Source: an uncultured Candidatus Saccharibacteria bacterium
Lineage (GTDB): Bacteria; Patescibacteriota; Minisyncoccia; Phycocordibacterales; UBA918
Reading direction: 5' to 3'
Assembly: GCA_964593375.1 (NCBI GenBank)
Contig: CAZQIF010000001.1
Location: 98,185-162,184 of the forward strand
DNA: 64,000 bases
Part shown: piece after piece, positions 1-10,418 of the stretch
Layout of the letters: each line of letters starts with the position of its first letter
How positions within the stretch are numbered: the stretch's first letter is position 1
The notes under the pieces: generated by a model
Database searches by the model: none
What the model was told of the DNA's origin: nothing
Seen by the model: the letters and a program-made list of their open reading frames with translations, nothing else
Made by a program: the position numbers and the translations under genes

Positions 1-490
1 ACTTACCGAAACCGAAGAGGAAAGCATGGAGCAACTCGAGAAACGTCTCAAGCTCTACCAAATTTTTAGAAACGCCGGAAAAATTGTTGAACAAGCATTT
101 GGTCGAAAGATGCTGTATGAGCGCACCTTTGTGTTTGATGAGACGCCACTTTTTGTAACCGATAACTACACCAATGTTTCTGCACTCACAAGTGCAATTG
201 CTGAAGTAGTCACTCGATTGCCGAAAAAAATTGATAAACCGAAAGTGCAGGTACGCAAAGTCGTGTCGCTTGAAGAAATGATTGACCGCCTTAAAGAGCG
301 TGTCGAACGACAGCTTTCATTTAAATTTAAAGATTTTACCGGAAATGCTTCTGAACGCGGGACAATTATAGTTGGTTTCCTTGCGGTACTCGAGATGGTC
401 AAACAGGGAAGTGTGATGGTACGACAAGCAGCACATTACACAGATATTGAAATTGAGCGGGATACAGGGAATGCTCCGAAATATGGATAG
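1..490 (+). CDS. scpA: Segregation and condensation protein A, C-terminal part (5' end outside window)
   Basis: Frame is open from the window edge; C-terminal kleisin winged-helix motif 'IIVGFLAVLEMVKQGSVMVRQ...DIEI'; scpB follows. Confidence 0.9.
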   Translation, partial: LTETEEESMEQLEKRLKLYQIFRNAGKIVEQAFGRKMLYERTFVFDETPLFVTDNYTNVSALTSAIAEVVTRLPKKIDKPKVQVRKVVSLEEMIDRLKERVERQLSFKFKDFTGNASERGTIIVGFLAVLEMVKQGSVMVRQAAHYTDIEIERDTGNAPKYG

Positions 491-495
491 TTTGA

Positions 496-760
496 CGCGG
501 AAAAATGCGGATAGCACGCGGATTCATGCGGAAGGGTGAAGAGGCGGTGTCATTCCGGGCTTGACCCGGAATCCAGAGTCAGCAAGAAATATTCTAGATC
601 CTGAATCAAGTTCAGGATGACAAATAATACGCTTCTGCGACTATCGGCGTTTATCCGCGTATTTTCTGGATTGCTTCACTTCGTTCGCAATGACAACCAC
701 CGGAAAGCTTCGCTTTCCGGTGGTTGTAATAGCTAAGTGCTAACAGCTATAAGCTATAAT
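496..760. repeat. Composite palindromic repeat cluster (10-mer ACGCGGA-type array, GTCATT/CTGGATT hairpins, AACCACCGG hairpin, GCTAAGT heptamer array)
   Basis: 547-577 gtgtcattccgggcttgacccggaatccaga; 594-621 ctagatcctgaatcaagttcaggatgac; 695-725 caaccaccggaaagcttcgctttccggtggt; heptamers 731-757. Confidence 0.85.
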
Positions 761-796
761 AATTGACTAGTGTGTAACCACTGATATTATTATCAT

Positions 797-1156
797 ATGA
801 AAAAGGTGACTCCCAAAAAACAAGCTAAGAAAAAGCTCTCCTTGAGAGGTGCAAAGATGATTGATGGACTTCATACAAATGATGACGTCAAGCGATACAT
901 TGGTGCAGTTACTGAACATTTTGAACATCAGGTGTCTGCAGTTGCTGAACAATTCGGTTCTGTACAGCAAAAACTTGATTCCCACACAGAAATGATTGGT
1001 CGGCTCATGATTGATGTACAGGAAATCAAGAACGACCTCAAGCAAAAGGTGAATCGTGACGAATTCGCACACCTCGAAAAACGAGTGCTTGCACTTGAAA
1101 TTGGTCGTGGTAGCGACAATCCGCGAACCACTCTGGTAAGAACACCTCATCGATAG
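797..1156 (+). CDS. Hypothetical coiled-coil protein inserted between scpA and scpB
   Basis: 119-aa ORF with heptad pattern; TTGACT...TATTAT promoter-like sequence upstream; flanked by repeats. Confidence 0.7.
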   Translation: MKKVTPKKQAKKKLSLRGAKMIDGLHTNDDVKRYIGAVTEHFEHQVSAVAEQFGSVQQKLDSHTEMIGRLMIDVQEIKNDLKQKVNRDEFAHLEKRVLALEIGRGSDNPRTTLVRTPHR

Positions 1157-1160
1157 TATC

Positions 1161-1288
1161 TAGCTATTAGCACTTGGCTTCTGGATTCCGGGTCAAGCCC
1201 GGAATGACACTGATTTCTGAGTTTTTTCTGGATTGCCACGCTTCGCTCGCAAAGACAACCACCGGAAAGTGAAGCTTTCCGGTGGTTC
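1161..1288. repeat. Composite palindromic repeat cluster, partner of 496-760
   Basis: 1180-1210 is the exact reverse complement of 547-577; 1224-1288 is a degenerate direct copy of 662-725. Confidence 0.85.
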
Positions 1289-1376
1289 TAAGCGCTATGT
1301 GCTTCGGACTACGGTCTAGTCGGTTTATTGACAGGTTGGGGGCGAAAAATGGCCAAAATGTTGGTATACTTTAACT

Positions 1377-1937
1377 ATGGACCTTGAACGGCACATTGAG
1401 GGTGTCCTGTTTTATGAAGCAGAACCCATGACGATTAAAGCTCTCGCGGGTTTTTTTGAACGTACCCCTGAAGAAATTCTTTCAGCAATTGAATCACTTT
1501 CACAAAGACTCCTAAATGGAGCAACACGCATCGTACGAACTGACACCACTGTCGAGCTTGTCACCGCACCTGAAGTAGCAGAGACTATTGAAAAACTTCG
1601 ACGTGATGACCTTAAACGCGACATCGGAAAAGCGGGCGCTGAAACACTTGCGATTATTTTATACAAAGGACAACTAAGTCGCGCTGAAATCGACAACATC
1701 CGAGGAGTGAACTCCTCTTTCATTCTTCGCAACCTACTCGTACGTGGCCTCATTGAACGACGACCACATCCACGCGACCAACGCTCTTTTATGTACGCAA
1801 TTACCTCATCACTTCTTGAACACCTCGGTATTACAAAGCGCGAAGAACTTCCACAATTTGCAGACATCATGAATGCGCTTGATACCTTTGAAAAGGAGCG
1901 AAATGATACACCAGAACAAGTCTCACTCACTGATTAA
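1377..1937 (+). CDS. scpB: SMC-Scp complex subunit ScpB
   Basis: 'IEGVLF...EP', 'AETLAIILYKGQLSRAEIDNIRGVNS' motifs. Confidence 0.95.
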   Translation: MDLERHIEGVLFYEAEPMTIKALAGFFERTPEEILSAIESLSQRLLNGATRIVRTDTTVELVTAPEVAETIEKLRRDDLKRDIGKAGAETLAIILYKGQLSRAEIDNIRGVNSSFILRNLLVRGLIERRPHPRDQRSFMYAITSSLLEHLGITKREELPQFADIMNALDTFEKERNDTPEQVSLTD

Positions 1938-1938
1938 T

Positions 1939-2982
1939 ATGCCACCAGAAACTGAACCAACAGAGGAGATTATTACTCCAATTGCTCAAATACCAGAACC
2001 GCCTCTGCCTGAGGCATGGCATGTTCCGGTACTAAGGCAACTCTTTGTAGCGCTCGGCATTCTTGCGGTGGTGTTTGGTTCAACGTATGCAGGAACACTT
2101 GCTTCACTCCGTAATCAAAAAGCTGATGTCACCTCAGATGTGCGTGTTGAGGCAACACTCGCAGATGTCTCACAAGCTGAACCGATGCTCTCAGAGTACT
2201 TCAACGATGTCGTACTCACTGCAAAATCTGCTTTCGTGTTTGATGTCCAAAAAGGAAAGGTACTCTTTAACAAAAATGGTGATGAGGAGCTTCCACTTGC
2301 TTCGGTTACAAAACTCATGACTGCACTTGTCGCCTATGAGCTTCTCGAAACAGGGGCAACCGTTCCTATTTCTGTCGATGCGATTCGTGAGAGTGGAGAC
2401 AGTGGCTTTACTGACGGGGAGACATTTAGTGCGCGCGACCTCATTGACCTTGTCCTCATTGAATCTTCAAACGACGGTGCACGTGCGCTTGCAGGAGCGG
2501 CAGGGGAAGCACTCGTGGAGAGCGACGACCCAAACAGCGTTTTTATTGAAGCGATGAATCTCAAAGCAGAAGAAATTGGTCTCACCCGTACTCATTTCAG
2601 TAATGCAACTGGGCTCGACCTTTCACTGACCGAAGCGGGTGCATATGGAAGCGCCCGCGATATGGCATTCCTTATGGAGTATATCGTCACTAAATATCCT
2701 GACCTCGTGGCCCTCACGAGCACCAAACTCACTAAGATTGATAATACTCAGGGTGATTACCATCTCGTGAAAAACACGAACGAGGCTGTAAGCGAAATAC
2801 CAGGGCTTATTGCTTCAAAGACCGGATACACCGCACTTGCGGGTGGTAACCTTGTCATTGCGTTTGAGGCAGGGCTCAACCACGTCATTGTTGTTGCAGT
2901 TCTCGGCTCAACTGAAACGGGTCGTTTCGAAGATGTGGCTCTCCTCAGTGAACGAGCACGAGATTATGTAACAAGTAAATAA
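1939..2982 (+). CDS. D-alanyl-D-alanine carboxypeptidase (peptidase S11)
   Basis: SxxK (ASVTKLMT), SxN (SSND) and KTG motifs; N-terminal TM; start taken at ATG 1939. Confidence 0.9.
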   Translation: MPPETEPTEEIITPIAQIPEPPLPEAWHVPVLRQLFVALGILAVVFGSTYAGTLASLRNQKADVTSDVRVEATLADVSQAEPMLSEYFNDVVLTAKSAFVFDVQKGKVLFNKNGDEELPLASVTKLMTALVAYELLETGATVPISVDAIRESGDSGFTDGETFSARDLIDLVLIESSNDGARALAGAAGEALVESDDPNSVFIEAMNLKAEEIGLTRTHFSNATGLDLSLTEAGAYGSARDMAFLMEYIVTKYPDLVALTSTKLTKIDNTQGDYHLVKNTNEAVSEIPGLIASKTGYTALAGGNLVIAFEAGLNHVIVVAVLGSTETGRFEDVALLSERARDYVTSK

Positions 2983-2990
2983 TTCACCAT

Positions 2991-4064
2991 ATGGAAGCTT
3001 CACTTATTAAAGTTTTTGCGCCGACCGCATTCGCATTCGTTGTGGGTATTATCATTACTCCACTTGTGACGCACTACCTCTACACGTACAAAATGTGGAA
3101 GAAAAAGGCAGGGAAGGGTGCAGGATACGGTGGCGGGGAAACTCCTATCTTTGATGCACTCCATAAAGAGAAGGACACCAATACTCCGCGTATGGGTGGT
3201 GTCGTTATTTGGGCGAGTGTACTCATCACCATTTTCTGCCTTTGGACACTCCAGTTTCTCTTCCCCGAAAGTGGTTTTTCAAAACTCGATTTTCTCAGTC
3301 GTTCACAGACATGGCTTCCTTTGGGCGCACTTATTATTGGTGCCTTCGTTGGGTTTATTGATGATTTTCTCGTTATTCGAGGAACGGGGAAGCATTTTGC
3401 TGGTGGACTACCACTCAGCCAACGACTCGTTGTTGTTGCAATCACTGCTCTTTTTAGCGCGTGGTGGTTTTATGAAAAACTCGATGTCCATGAAGTATCC
3501 CTCATTGGATACGGACCTATTGATTTAGGAATATTATTCATTCCATTTTTTGTACTCGTAGCAGTAGCGATATATGCAAGTAGCGTCATCGACGGAATTG
3601 ATGGTCTCTCTGGTGGTACCTTCATGTTTATTTTTACTGCGTATGCCGGCATAGCACTTTTCCAGAATCAAATCGACCTCGCGGCATATTGTGCTACTCT
3701 TGTTGGAGGCATTCTTGCGTTCCTCTGGTTTAATGTTCCACCCGCTCGTTTCTATATGACCGAAACGGGTGTCATGGCGCTCACGATGACACTCACCATC
3801 GTTGCCTTCATGACTGATGTCATTGGGGGAGGGGAGGGTGTTTCAGTACTCCCCATTATCGGTATACTCCTCGTCATCACCGTTCTTTCGGATATTTTGC
3901 AAGTTTTTTCAAAAAAAGTGCTTAAGAGAAAAGTATTTCAAATTGCACCCATTCATCATCATTTTGAAGCCGTTGGATGGCCCGCACCAAAAGTCACGAT
4001 GCGCTATTGGATTTTAGGTTTTGTCTTTGCCATTATCGGTATTTTGCTCGCAATCGCGCTCTAA
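2991..4064 (+). CDS. mraY: Phospho-N-acetylmuramoyl-pentapeptide transferase
   Basis: TPRMGG, GFIDD, DGIDGL and APIHHHFE motifs; multi-TM. Confidence 0.95.
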   Translation: MEASLIKVFAPTAFAFVVGIIITPLVTHYLYTYKMWKKKAGKGAGYGGGETPIFDALHKEKDTNTPRMGGVVIWASVLITIFCLWTLQFLFPESGFSKLDFLSRSQTWLPLGALIIGAFVGFIDDFLVIRGTGKHFAGGLPLSQRLVVVAITALFSAWWFYEKLDVHEVSLIGYGPIDLGILFIPFFVLVAVAIYASSVIDGIDGLSGGTFMFIFTAYAGIALFQNQIDLAAYCATLVGGILAFLWFNVPPARFYMTETGVMALTMTLTIVAFMTDVIGGGEGVSVLPIIGILLVITVLSDILQVFSKKVLKRKVFQIAPIHHHFEAVGWPAPKVTMRYWILGFVFAIIGILLAIAL

Positions 4065-4080
4065 AATTTCTCATTCTCCT

Positions 4081-5190
4081 ATGCATCATACTATCGACAG
4101 AACACTTCTCATTCTCGTCGTCGTTATAGTTGCTATCGGCTTCTTCGTTTTTTCTTCTGCATCACTCGGACTTTTAGCGCGCACTGGAGCACAGTTTTCC
4201 TCGGTAGCGCTTAATCAAGTTCTCTTCGGTCTTATAGGTGGTATGATTGCGCTCCTCATAACAAGTTCTATTCACTACCGCGTGTGGCGACAATACGCAT
4301 TTTATATATTTTTAATTTCTCTTGGGCTCACGCTTCTCGTATTCGTGCCCGCACTCAACTTCGAACACGGCGGTGCGAGACGGTGGATTGAAGTCGGTTC
4401 GTTTACTTTTCAACCCGCTGAGGTTTTGAAGATTGGTTTCGTTATCTATATTGCCACGTGGCTCTCAGGTATGAAAAAACGTATCACTGAATTCAAAGCA
4501 GGAACGCTCACTTTTTTTGGCCTCATCGGAATTCTTGGTGTTGTCATGCTTCTTCAGCCTGACACCGACACGTTCCTCATCATTGTTACTGCTTCTCTCG
4601 CTATGTTTATTGTGGCGGGCGGACGAATTCGTGATGTGATTATTTTTATACTTATCGGTGTGACACTCCTCGTAGCACTCGCGTTTACCAGGCCCTATAT
4701 CATGGAGCGTTTCACTGTGTTTCTTGACCCCATGAGTGACCCACAAGGTTCCGGCTACCAAATTAAGCAATCGCTCATTGCGGTTGGTTCAGGTGGTATC
4801 ACCGGACGTGGTTTTGGCCAAAGTATTCAAAAATTTGAATACTTACCTGAGCCTATTGGGGACTCGATTTTTGCGGTATTTAGCGAAGAATTTGGATTCA
4901 TCGGCAGTGTGCTCCTCATATTGCTCTTTGTTGCCTTTACCTTTCGAGGATATCGCATTGCTACCCATGCTCCTGATCTTTTTGGCATGCTCATTGTGGT
5001 TGGACTCATCACACTCATCATCACACAAACATTTCTCAACATTTCCGGCATGCTCGCACTTGCACCACTCTCGGGGTTACCGCTACCACTCATTAGTCAT
5101 GGCGGAACCGCACTCCTTACCACACTTGCAAGCATCGGCATTGTACTCAATGTGTCAAAGTATCAACGCCATTTTGAGATACAGTCGTGA
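4081..5190 (+). CDS. ftsW: SEDS peptidoglycan glycosyltransferase FtsW
   Basis: GARRWI, FQPAEVLK, LLQPD, GYQIKQSLIAVGSGG and LPLISHGG motifs; between mraY and murG. Confidence 0.9.
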   Translation: MHHTIDRTLLILVVVIVAIGFFVFSSASLGLLARTGAQFSSVALNQVLFGLIGGMIALLITSSIHYRVWRQYAFYIFLISLGLTLLVFVPALNFEHGGARRWIEVGSFTFQPAEVLKIGFVIYIATWLSGMKKRITEFKAGTLTFFGLIGILGVVMLLQPDTDTFLIIVTASLAMFIVAGGRIRDVIIFILIGVTLLVALAFTRPYIMERFTVFLDPMSDPQGSGYQIKQSLIAVGSGGITGRGFGQSIQKFEYLPEPIGDSIFAVFSEEFGFIGSVLLILLFVAFTFRGYRIATHAPDLFGMLIVVGLITLIITQTFLNISGMLALAPLSGLPLPLISHGGTALLTTLASIGIVLNVSKYQRHFEIQS

Positions 5191-5209
5191 TACCATATAG
5201 TCATCACCT

Positions 5210-6328
5210 ATGAGCAGAGCAGTTATCGTATTAGTGGGAGGAGGAACCGGCGGGCATTTTTACCCGCTCATGAGTATTGCTGAAGCACTTAACACAGCTC
5301 CAAAAAAGCCGACACTTTACTACATGGGTCCAGACCCATACGACAAAGCGACGCTCGATAAAGAACAAATTAGTTTCATCAGTTGTCCTGCCGGAAAACG
5401 ACGCAAATATTTTTCGCTTCTTAACTACCTCGATTTCTTTAAAACGCTCAGTGGCATTTTTGTTGCAGTCATAAAACTCTTCTCCATATACCCTGATGTC
5501 ATCATTAGCAAAGGTGGGTACACGAGTGTACCGATTGTGCTCGCCGGATGGTTTCTCCGTATTCCGATTATCGTCCATGAATCTGATGCTGCGGTAGGTT
5601 CAGCAAATAAACTTGCCGCAAAATTTGCCCGCGTTGTCCTTGTTTCATACAAGGAGACTGTTCAATTTTTCCCTGCAGAGAAAACAGCATTTGTGGGAAA
5701 TCCCATACGACACGAACTCCGCACCCAACCCACAAGTGCACCCCATGAGCGTCTCGGTATTGAACCAACACTTCCCATGATTCTCGTCCTCGGCGGTTCG
5801 CAGGGTGCAGAGCGACTCAATGAACTTATTCTTGACTCACTCGATGAGCTTCTTGTTGATTTCACTATCGTGCATCAAACCGGCGAAAGACATTTCAATG
5901 TTGTGTCAGGCTCTGCGCATGGACTCGTTCCTAATCCTGAACTTTTTAAACGATATCATCCAGTCCCATTCCTCGGTCCTGATTTACTTAATGATGCACT
6001 CCATACCGCGACTCTCATTATTTCACGCGCAGGAAGTGGCACCATTCACGAAATTGCCATCCACGGCAAACCTGCAATTCTCATTCCGATTCCTGAGTCA
6101 ATAAGTCACGACCAGCGCACAAATGCATTCACCTATGCACGTTCTGGTGGTGCAATTGTAATGGAAGAATCCAATTTTAGTGACGGCTTGCTTCGAGCTG
6201 AAATTGACCGTATTATAGGAAATCCCGATATTTATAGCGAAATGTCGAGTTCAGCGCTCACCTTTGGGCGCGCAGATGCGGGGGATACAATTGCACAGAT
6301 TACACTTGAACTCGCCGAAACTCACTAA
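5210..6328 (+). CDS. murG: Lipid II GlcNAc transferase
   Basis: GGGTGGH, GGSQGA and ISRAGSGT motifs. Confidence 0.95.
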   Translation: MSRAVIVLVGGGTGGHFYPLMSIAEALNTAPKKPTLYYMGPDPYDKATLDKEQISFISCPAGKRRKYFSLLNYLDFFKTLSGIFVAVIKLFSIYPDVIISKGGYTSVPIVLAGWFLRIPIIVHESDAAVGSANKLAAKFARVVLVSYKETVQFFPAEKTAFVGNPIRHELRTQPTSAPHERLGIEPTLPMILVLGGSQGAERLNELILDSLDELLVDFTIVHQTGERHFNVVSGSAHGLVPNPELFKRYHPVPFLGPDLLNDALHTATLIISRAGSGTIHEIAIHGKPAILIPIPESISHDQRTNAFTYARSGGAIVMEESNFSDGLLRAEIDRIIGNPDIYSEMSSSALTFGRADAGDTIAQITLELAETH

Positions 6329-6333
6329 TCCTT

Positions 6334-7710
6334 ATGGAAACTCCAAAATCCCAGGTTATCACTCGAATGCCCCCAAGCCCAACCGGCCTTCTTCATGTTG
6401 GCAACGTGCGAACGCTACTTTTTAACTATCTGTATGCAAAAAAGCATGGTGGAAAAATTGTGTTTCGTTCTGAAGATACTGACAAGGTGCGCAGTCGCCG
6501 CGAGTACGAAGAAATTAATCTTGACGACTTAGCATGGCTCGGTCTTTCATGGGATGAGTTTCATCGCCAATCTGAACGAGCTCCTATTTATCGTGATTAC
6601 CTCGAACGCTTGATTCAGCAAGATTTAGCGTATCTCTCAACAGAAGAAAGCAAACAAAACGAAGGGGAGATGGTTACTGTTGTACGATTACGAAATCCGA
6701 ATCAAGTCATAACTTTTACAGATGAAATTCGTGGAGAAATTACCTTTGACACAACGGAGCTTGGTGACATTGTTATCGCACGATCTCTCGATGACGCCTT
6801 GTACCATTTCACCGTTGTTGTTGATGATCATGAAATGAGTGTTACTCATATTATTCGTGGTGAAGACCATATTTCAAATACACCACGACAAATACTTATA
6901 CAGGAAGCACTTGGTTTTTCACGACCTATCTATGCACACTTGCCAATACTCCTCGGTACCGATCGTTCAAAGCTTTCAAAACGACATGGTTCAGTTTCGC
7001 TCCATGAATACCGAACACAAGGCTTTCTACCTCAAGCGATAAATAATTACCTTGCACTTCTCGGGTGGAACCCCGGAACAAATCAAGAAGTGTTCACCCT
7101 CCAAGAACTCATTGAACAGTTTGATTTAGCTGGTGTACAAAAAAGCGCAGCGATTTTTGATATTGAGAAAATGAAGTGGCTCAACCGAGAACATCTTCTT
7201 CGTATTGATGATGAGGCATTTTTTGATATGGCATTTGAACGCCTTTCTGAACGCATCTACGACCTCCCACAGTTTAGTCAGCATCGACTACGACTACTTC
7301 TGCCAACCATACGTGAACGTATTTCTGTTGCATCAGACATTACCGAGGAGGCTAAGAAGGGGGAGTATGATTTTGCCTTTACCGCACCAAAAGTTCCAGC
7401 TCTGATGCTCAAGTGGAAGAATGACACCTCCGTGCGTGATACGCTTCCTCGTCTACAAAAACTTGCTGAAATTATTTCACAAATACCTGAAGACATTGAT
7501 GCTGAAGAAATTAAGTCATACATCTGGAATTACGCCGAGGAAGTAGGGAAGGGGGAAGTTCTCTGGCCACTTCGGGTAGCGCTGACTGGAAAAGAGCGCT
7601 CACCAGACCCGTTTACTGTCATTGCTATTATAGGTTCTCCTGAAGCATTTAAAAGAATACAGAGTGCGTGTGATACAATTTTACATACAGAGGAGCGTCC
7701 GACAGCGTAA
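6334..7710 (+). CDS. gltX: Glutamate--tRNA ligase
   Basis: PSPTGLLHVGN (HIGH-like), IIRGEDH and KLSKR motifs. Confidence 0.95.
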   Translation: METPKSQVITRMPPSPTGLLHVGNVRTLLFNYLYAKKHGGKIVFRSEDTDKVRSRREYEEINLDDLAWLGLSWDEFHRQSERAPIYRDYLERLIQQDLAYLSTEESKQNEGEMVTVVRLRNPNQVITFTDEIRGEITFDTTELGDIVIARSLDDALYHFTVVVDDHEMSVTHIIRGEDHISNTPRQILIQEALGFSRPIYAHLPILLGTDRSKLSKRHGSVSLHEYRTQGFLPQAINNYLALLGWNPGTNQEVFTLQELIEQFDLAGVQKSAAIFDIEKMKWLNREHLLRIDDEAFFDMAFERLSERIYDLPQFSQHRLRLLLPTIRERISVASDITEEAKKGEYDFAFTAPKVPALMLKWKNDTSVRDTLPRLQKLAEIISQIPEDIDAEEIKSYIWNYAEEVGKGEVLWPLRVALTGKERSPDPFTVIAIIGSPEAFKRIQSACDTILHTEERPTA

Positions 7711-7772
7711 CACATACCTTTTGACCAATTCTCTGTAAAGCTCAGTATACTTTGAACACACAACCATTCAGT

Positions 7773-9089
7773 ATGGCGAAGTTTTTTCAACAAGTTAGTT
7801 TTTTTGGTGCGTTGTTTTGGGTTCTTCTCCTCATCATATACGTCACACCCGTATCACTTGCAGAAGCACAATCTCAGGTTGAACAACTCAAGAATCAAAT
7901 TAATGAACGCAATACGCGACTCGAGGAAATTGAGAAAGAAATCGCTGCCTATCAAGCCGAACTCAAGAAAGTAGGTGGTGAAAAAAAGACACTCCAATCT
8001 GCTATCAACCAGCTTGAGCTCGAACGAAAAAAAGTACAGTCTGATATTAAATACACACAAAATAAAATTGGGGCGAAAGATTTGGAACTAAACAAACTGA
8101 GCCTCGAGATTGGCTTGACTCAAGAATCAATCACCACAAACGAGGAAGCAATTGCCGAAACGTTGCGTCGGCTCAATGAGTCTGATAATGACTCATTCAT
8201 TATCGCACTTCTTGAGTATGACAATCTTTCCGAAATTTGGAACTCTATAGAGGAGCTCGAGCAAGTTCGTTCGTTTATGTACAATAAGGTGGGGAGCCTC
8301 GTGTCAGAAAAGATTCTCCTTGAACAAAAGCGTGAAGAAACCACTGAAAAGCGTGAAGAACTTGTTGATCTTAAAAACCAATACACCGACCAGAATCTGG
8401 TTTTGACGAGCAACAAAACAGAGAAGAGTACACTTCTTAAGCGCACGCAAAGCCAAGAAGCAGAATATCAAAAAATGCTCAAAGAAAAAGAAGCAGCACA
8501 AGCGCAACTCCTTAAAGAATTGCGTGACTTTGAGTCAAAACTACAATTCATTCTTGATCCGAACACGATTCCACCAAAAGGAACTCAGGTATTTAACTGG
8601 CCGGTCGATAATGTGGTCATCACACAACTTTTTGGTGGCACTGAGTTTGCAAAGCAAAACGCATCGGTCTACGGCGGTCGTGCGTATCATCCGGGAGTCG
8701 ACTTTGGTGTACCGCGTGGTACGAAAATTTTTGCACCACTTGCAGGTACCGTGCGTGCAACGGGTGATACCGATGCCGTCTCCGGATGTTACTCATGGGG
8801 TAAGTGGACACTCATTGATCATGCAAATGGTCTTTCAACCCTCTATGCACACCAAAGCGTGCAGAGTGTTGTTCCTGGTCAATATGTGAACACTGGTGAC
8901 ATCATCGGATACAGCGGCAACACAGGCTATTCGACAGGTCCACACCTCCACTTCACTGTGTATGCAAAGTCAGGTGTCTCTGTACGTAAATTTAATGAAA
9001 TTAAGGCGGTAACAAGCTGTGGAGCGGCGACAACGCCAGTGGCAGCAACTGACGCCTACATTGACCCAATGGTTTATTTACCTCAGTAA
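7773..9089 (+). CDS. Coiled-coil plus M23 peptidase (EnvC/murein hydrolase-like)
   Basis: Signal/TM, long coiled coil, HPGVD, YAH and STGPHLHF motifs. Confidence 0.9.
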   Translation: MAKFFQQVSFFGALFWVLLLIIYVTPVSLAEAQSQVEQLKNQINERNTRLEEIEKEIAAYQAELKKVGGEKKTLQSAINQLELERKKVQSDIKYTQNKIGAKDLELNKLSLEIGLTQESITTNEEAIAETLRRLNESDNDSFIIALLEYDNLSEIWNSIEELEQVRSFMYNKVGSLVSEKILLEQKREETTEKREELVDLKNQYTDQNLVLTSNKTEKSTLLKRTQSQEAEYQKMLKEKEAAQAQLLKELRDFESKLQFILDPNTIPPKGTQVFNWPVDNVVITQLFGGTEFAKQNASVYGGRAYHPGVDFGVPRGTKIFAPLAGTVRATGDTDAVSGCYSWGKWTLIDHANGLSTLYAHQSVQSVVPGQYVNTGDIIGYSGNTGYSTGPHLHFTVYAKSGVSVRKFNEIKAVTSCGAATTPVAATDAYIDPMVYLPQ

Positions 9090-9118
9090 TAAACCCACAC
9101 ATTTTTATATTACTAACT

Positions 9119-9205
9119 TACAAAAATTCACCTTGCCAAAAAATTGACCGCTCACGGGCGCTAGCCCAAGCTTTAGTCAATTTTTTGGCAGGGTGAGTTC
9201 TTGTA
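9119..9205. repeat. Long palindromic element (~30-bp stem)
   Basis: tacaaaaattcaccttgccaaaaaattgac pairs with gtcaattttttggcagggtgagttcttgta. Confidence 0.7.
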
Positions 9206-9267
9206 TAAAATTGCAGTGATTTTTCTAAATTGAGCCCAAATTTTACACTATGATACAATCAGAAGTA

Positions 9268-9744
9268 ATGAAACGGTTACTTTTTGTAGCACTCGTTATT
9301 GGTATCTGCTATCTCTCACTTGAGGGTTTAGAGAGTCTCACTGGGAAGAATCTCACCGCACTTCTCATACGAGCAAAAGGCTCTGCGGTCACTGAAACGA
9401 TTCTCAAACACTACACCGAGAGTGTTCCAGCACTTCGTGAGGTGATTAGTGAAAGCGGTTCGTACACACTGAACACACAATATGTAGACATCGACCGAGA
9501 TGGTGATGACGACCTCATTGTCATACTCGACTCAGTGCTCACATGCGGTTCAGGCGGATGCATGGCAAGCATGTTTTTACAAAATAAAGAAAAAGAATTT
9601 GTGCCGATTGATTTCCTCTACACGGTTAAAAATATTGAACCACTCGACACCTATTCAAGCGGTATGCGTGATCTCCGTATCAATGATGACGTATCAAACC
9701 ATCTTATATGGAATGGTAGTTCCTATACACTCGAGAGTCTTTAG
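9268..9744 (+). CDS. Hypothetical exported protein
   Basis: N-terminal hydrophobic segment; DIDRDGDDD Ca-loop-like motif and CGSGGC. Confidence 0.7.
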   Translation: MKRLLFVALVIGICYLSLEGLESLTGKNLTALLIRAKGSAVTETILKHYTESVPALREVISESGSYTLNTQYVDIDRDGDDDLIVILDSVLTCGSGGCMASMFLQNKEKEFVPIDFLYTVKNIEPLDTYSSGMRDLRINDDVSNHLIWNGSSYTLESL

Positions 9745-10308
9745 AGCATATCTTCATATGCCTCATCTACTGTGTCGTCTGCATCAAAGTGATGGTTCAC
9801 CGTATATGTATACGACTCACACCACTTTGATTTGACTCCTTGTACCTGAGGCATCTGAAGGCATGCTCACAGCTGGTGCTTTTCAGGAGTGCAAACCAAA
9901 CATCTTGTTCTGGATATTTTAATAAACTTTCAACGAGTTCAGTACATACCTTGAGACGTAGGATAGTACCTCTAAAACGACCTCGAGAGGTCATTTTAGA
10001 GGTACTAGAGGTCCCGATACATACATCACACAAAGCGGATGAATAGGACTGGATTCCAGCTCATGGGCCAGAAAGACCAAAATGATGGAAAACAACCAAA
10101 TGAACGAAAAATGGTTTTTTATGATTTTTGCACAATTCAAATTTGTGCACGATATCAACCATCATGAGCAAGGGGAAGTGTGAACTATATTTTAGAAATT
10201 TTCTAACACAAATTACTTTCACACACTTTTTTCTCCGCAACTACAATTTTTTGATTTTCAGAGCAGGGGATAACTTGTTTGATTATATATGGGTAATTCT
10301 AGTATAGT

Positions 10309-10336
10309 ACTGAGTATTAGAGATATTATACTCAGT
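10309..10336. other. Candidate dif-like Xer recombination site (11-6-11)
   Basis: ACTGAGTATTA-GAGATA-TTATACTCAGT; arms are inverted with 10/11 match; 82 bp upstream of the Xer gene. Confidence 0.55.
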
Positions 10337-10418
10337 TACAAGTGCCAGAGAATACCTTGTATTTTCAACACTTCACTCACTCCCCTCTAAGTAGATTGTT
10401 TACTATAATGAAACTGTT

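Noticed and set aside
496-1288. CRISPR array
   Set aside because: Repeats are heterogeneous palindromes without constant-length unique spacers, and no cas genes are in the window.
9797-10046. Short ORFs 9797-10033 (-) and 9840-10046 (+)
   Set aside because: They run through long palindromes and lack start signals or recognisable motifs.
10262-10275. DnaA box / replication origin
   Set aside because: A single imperfect box (ggggataac) with no cluster; flanking genes converge rather than diverge.
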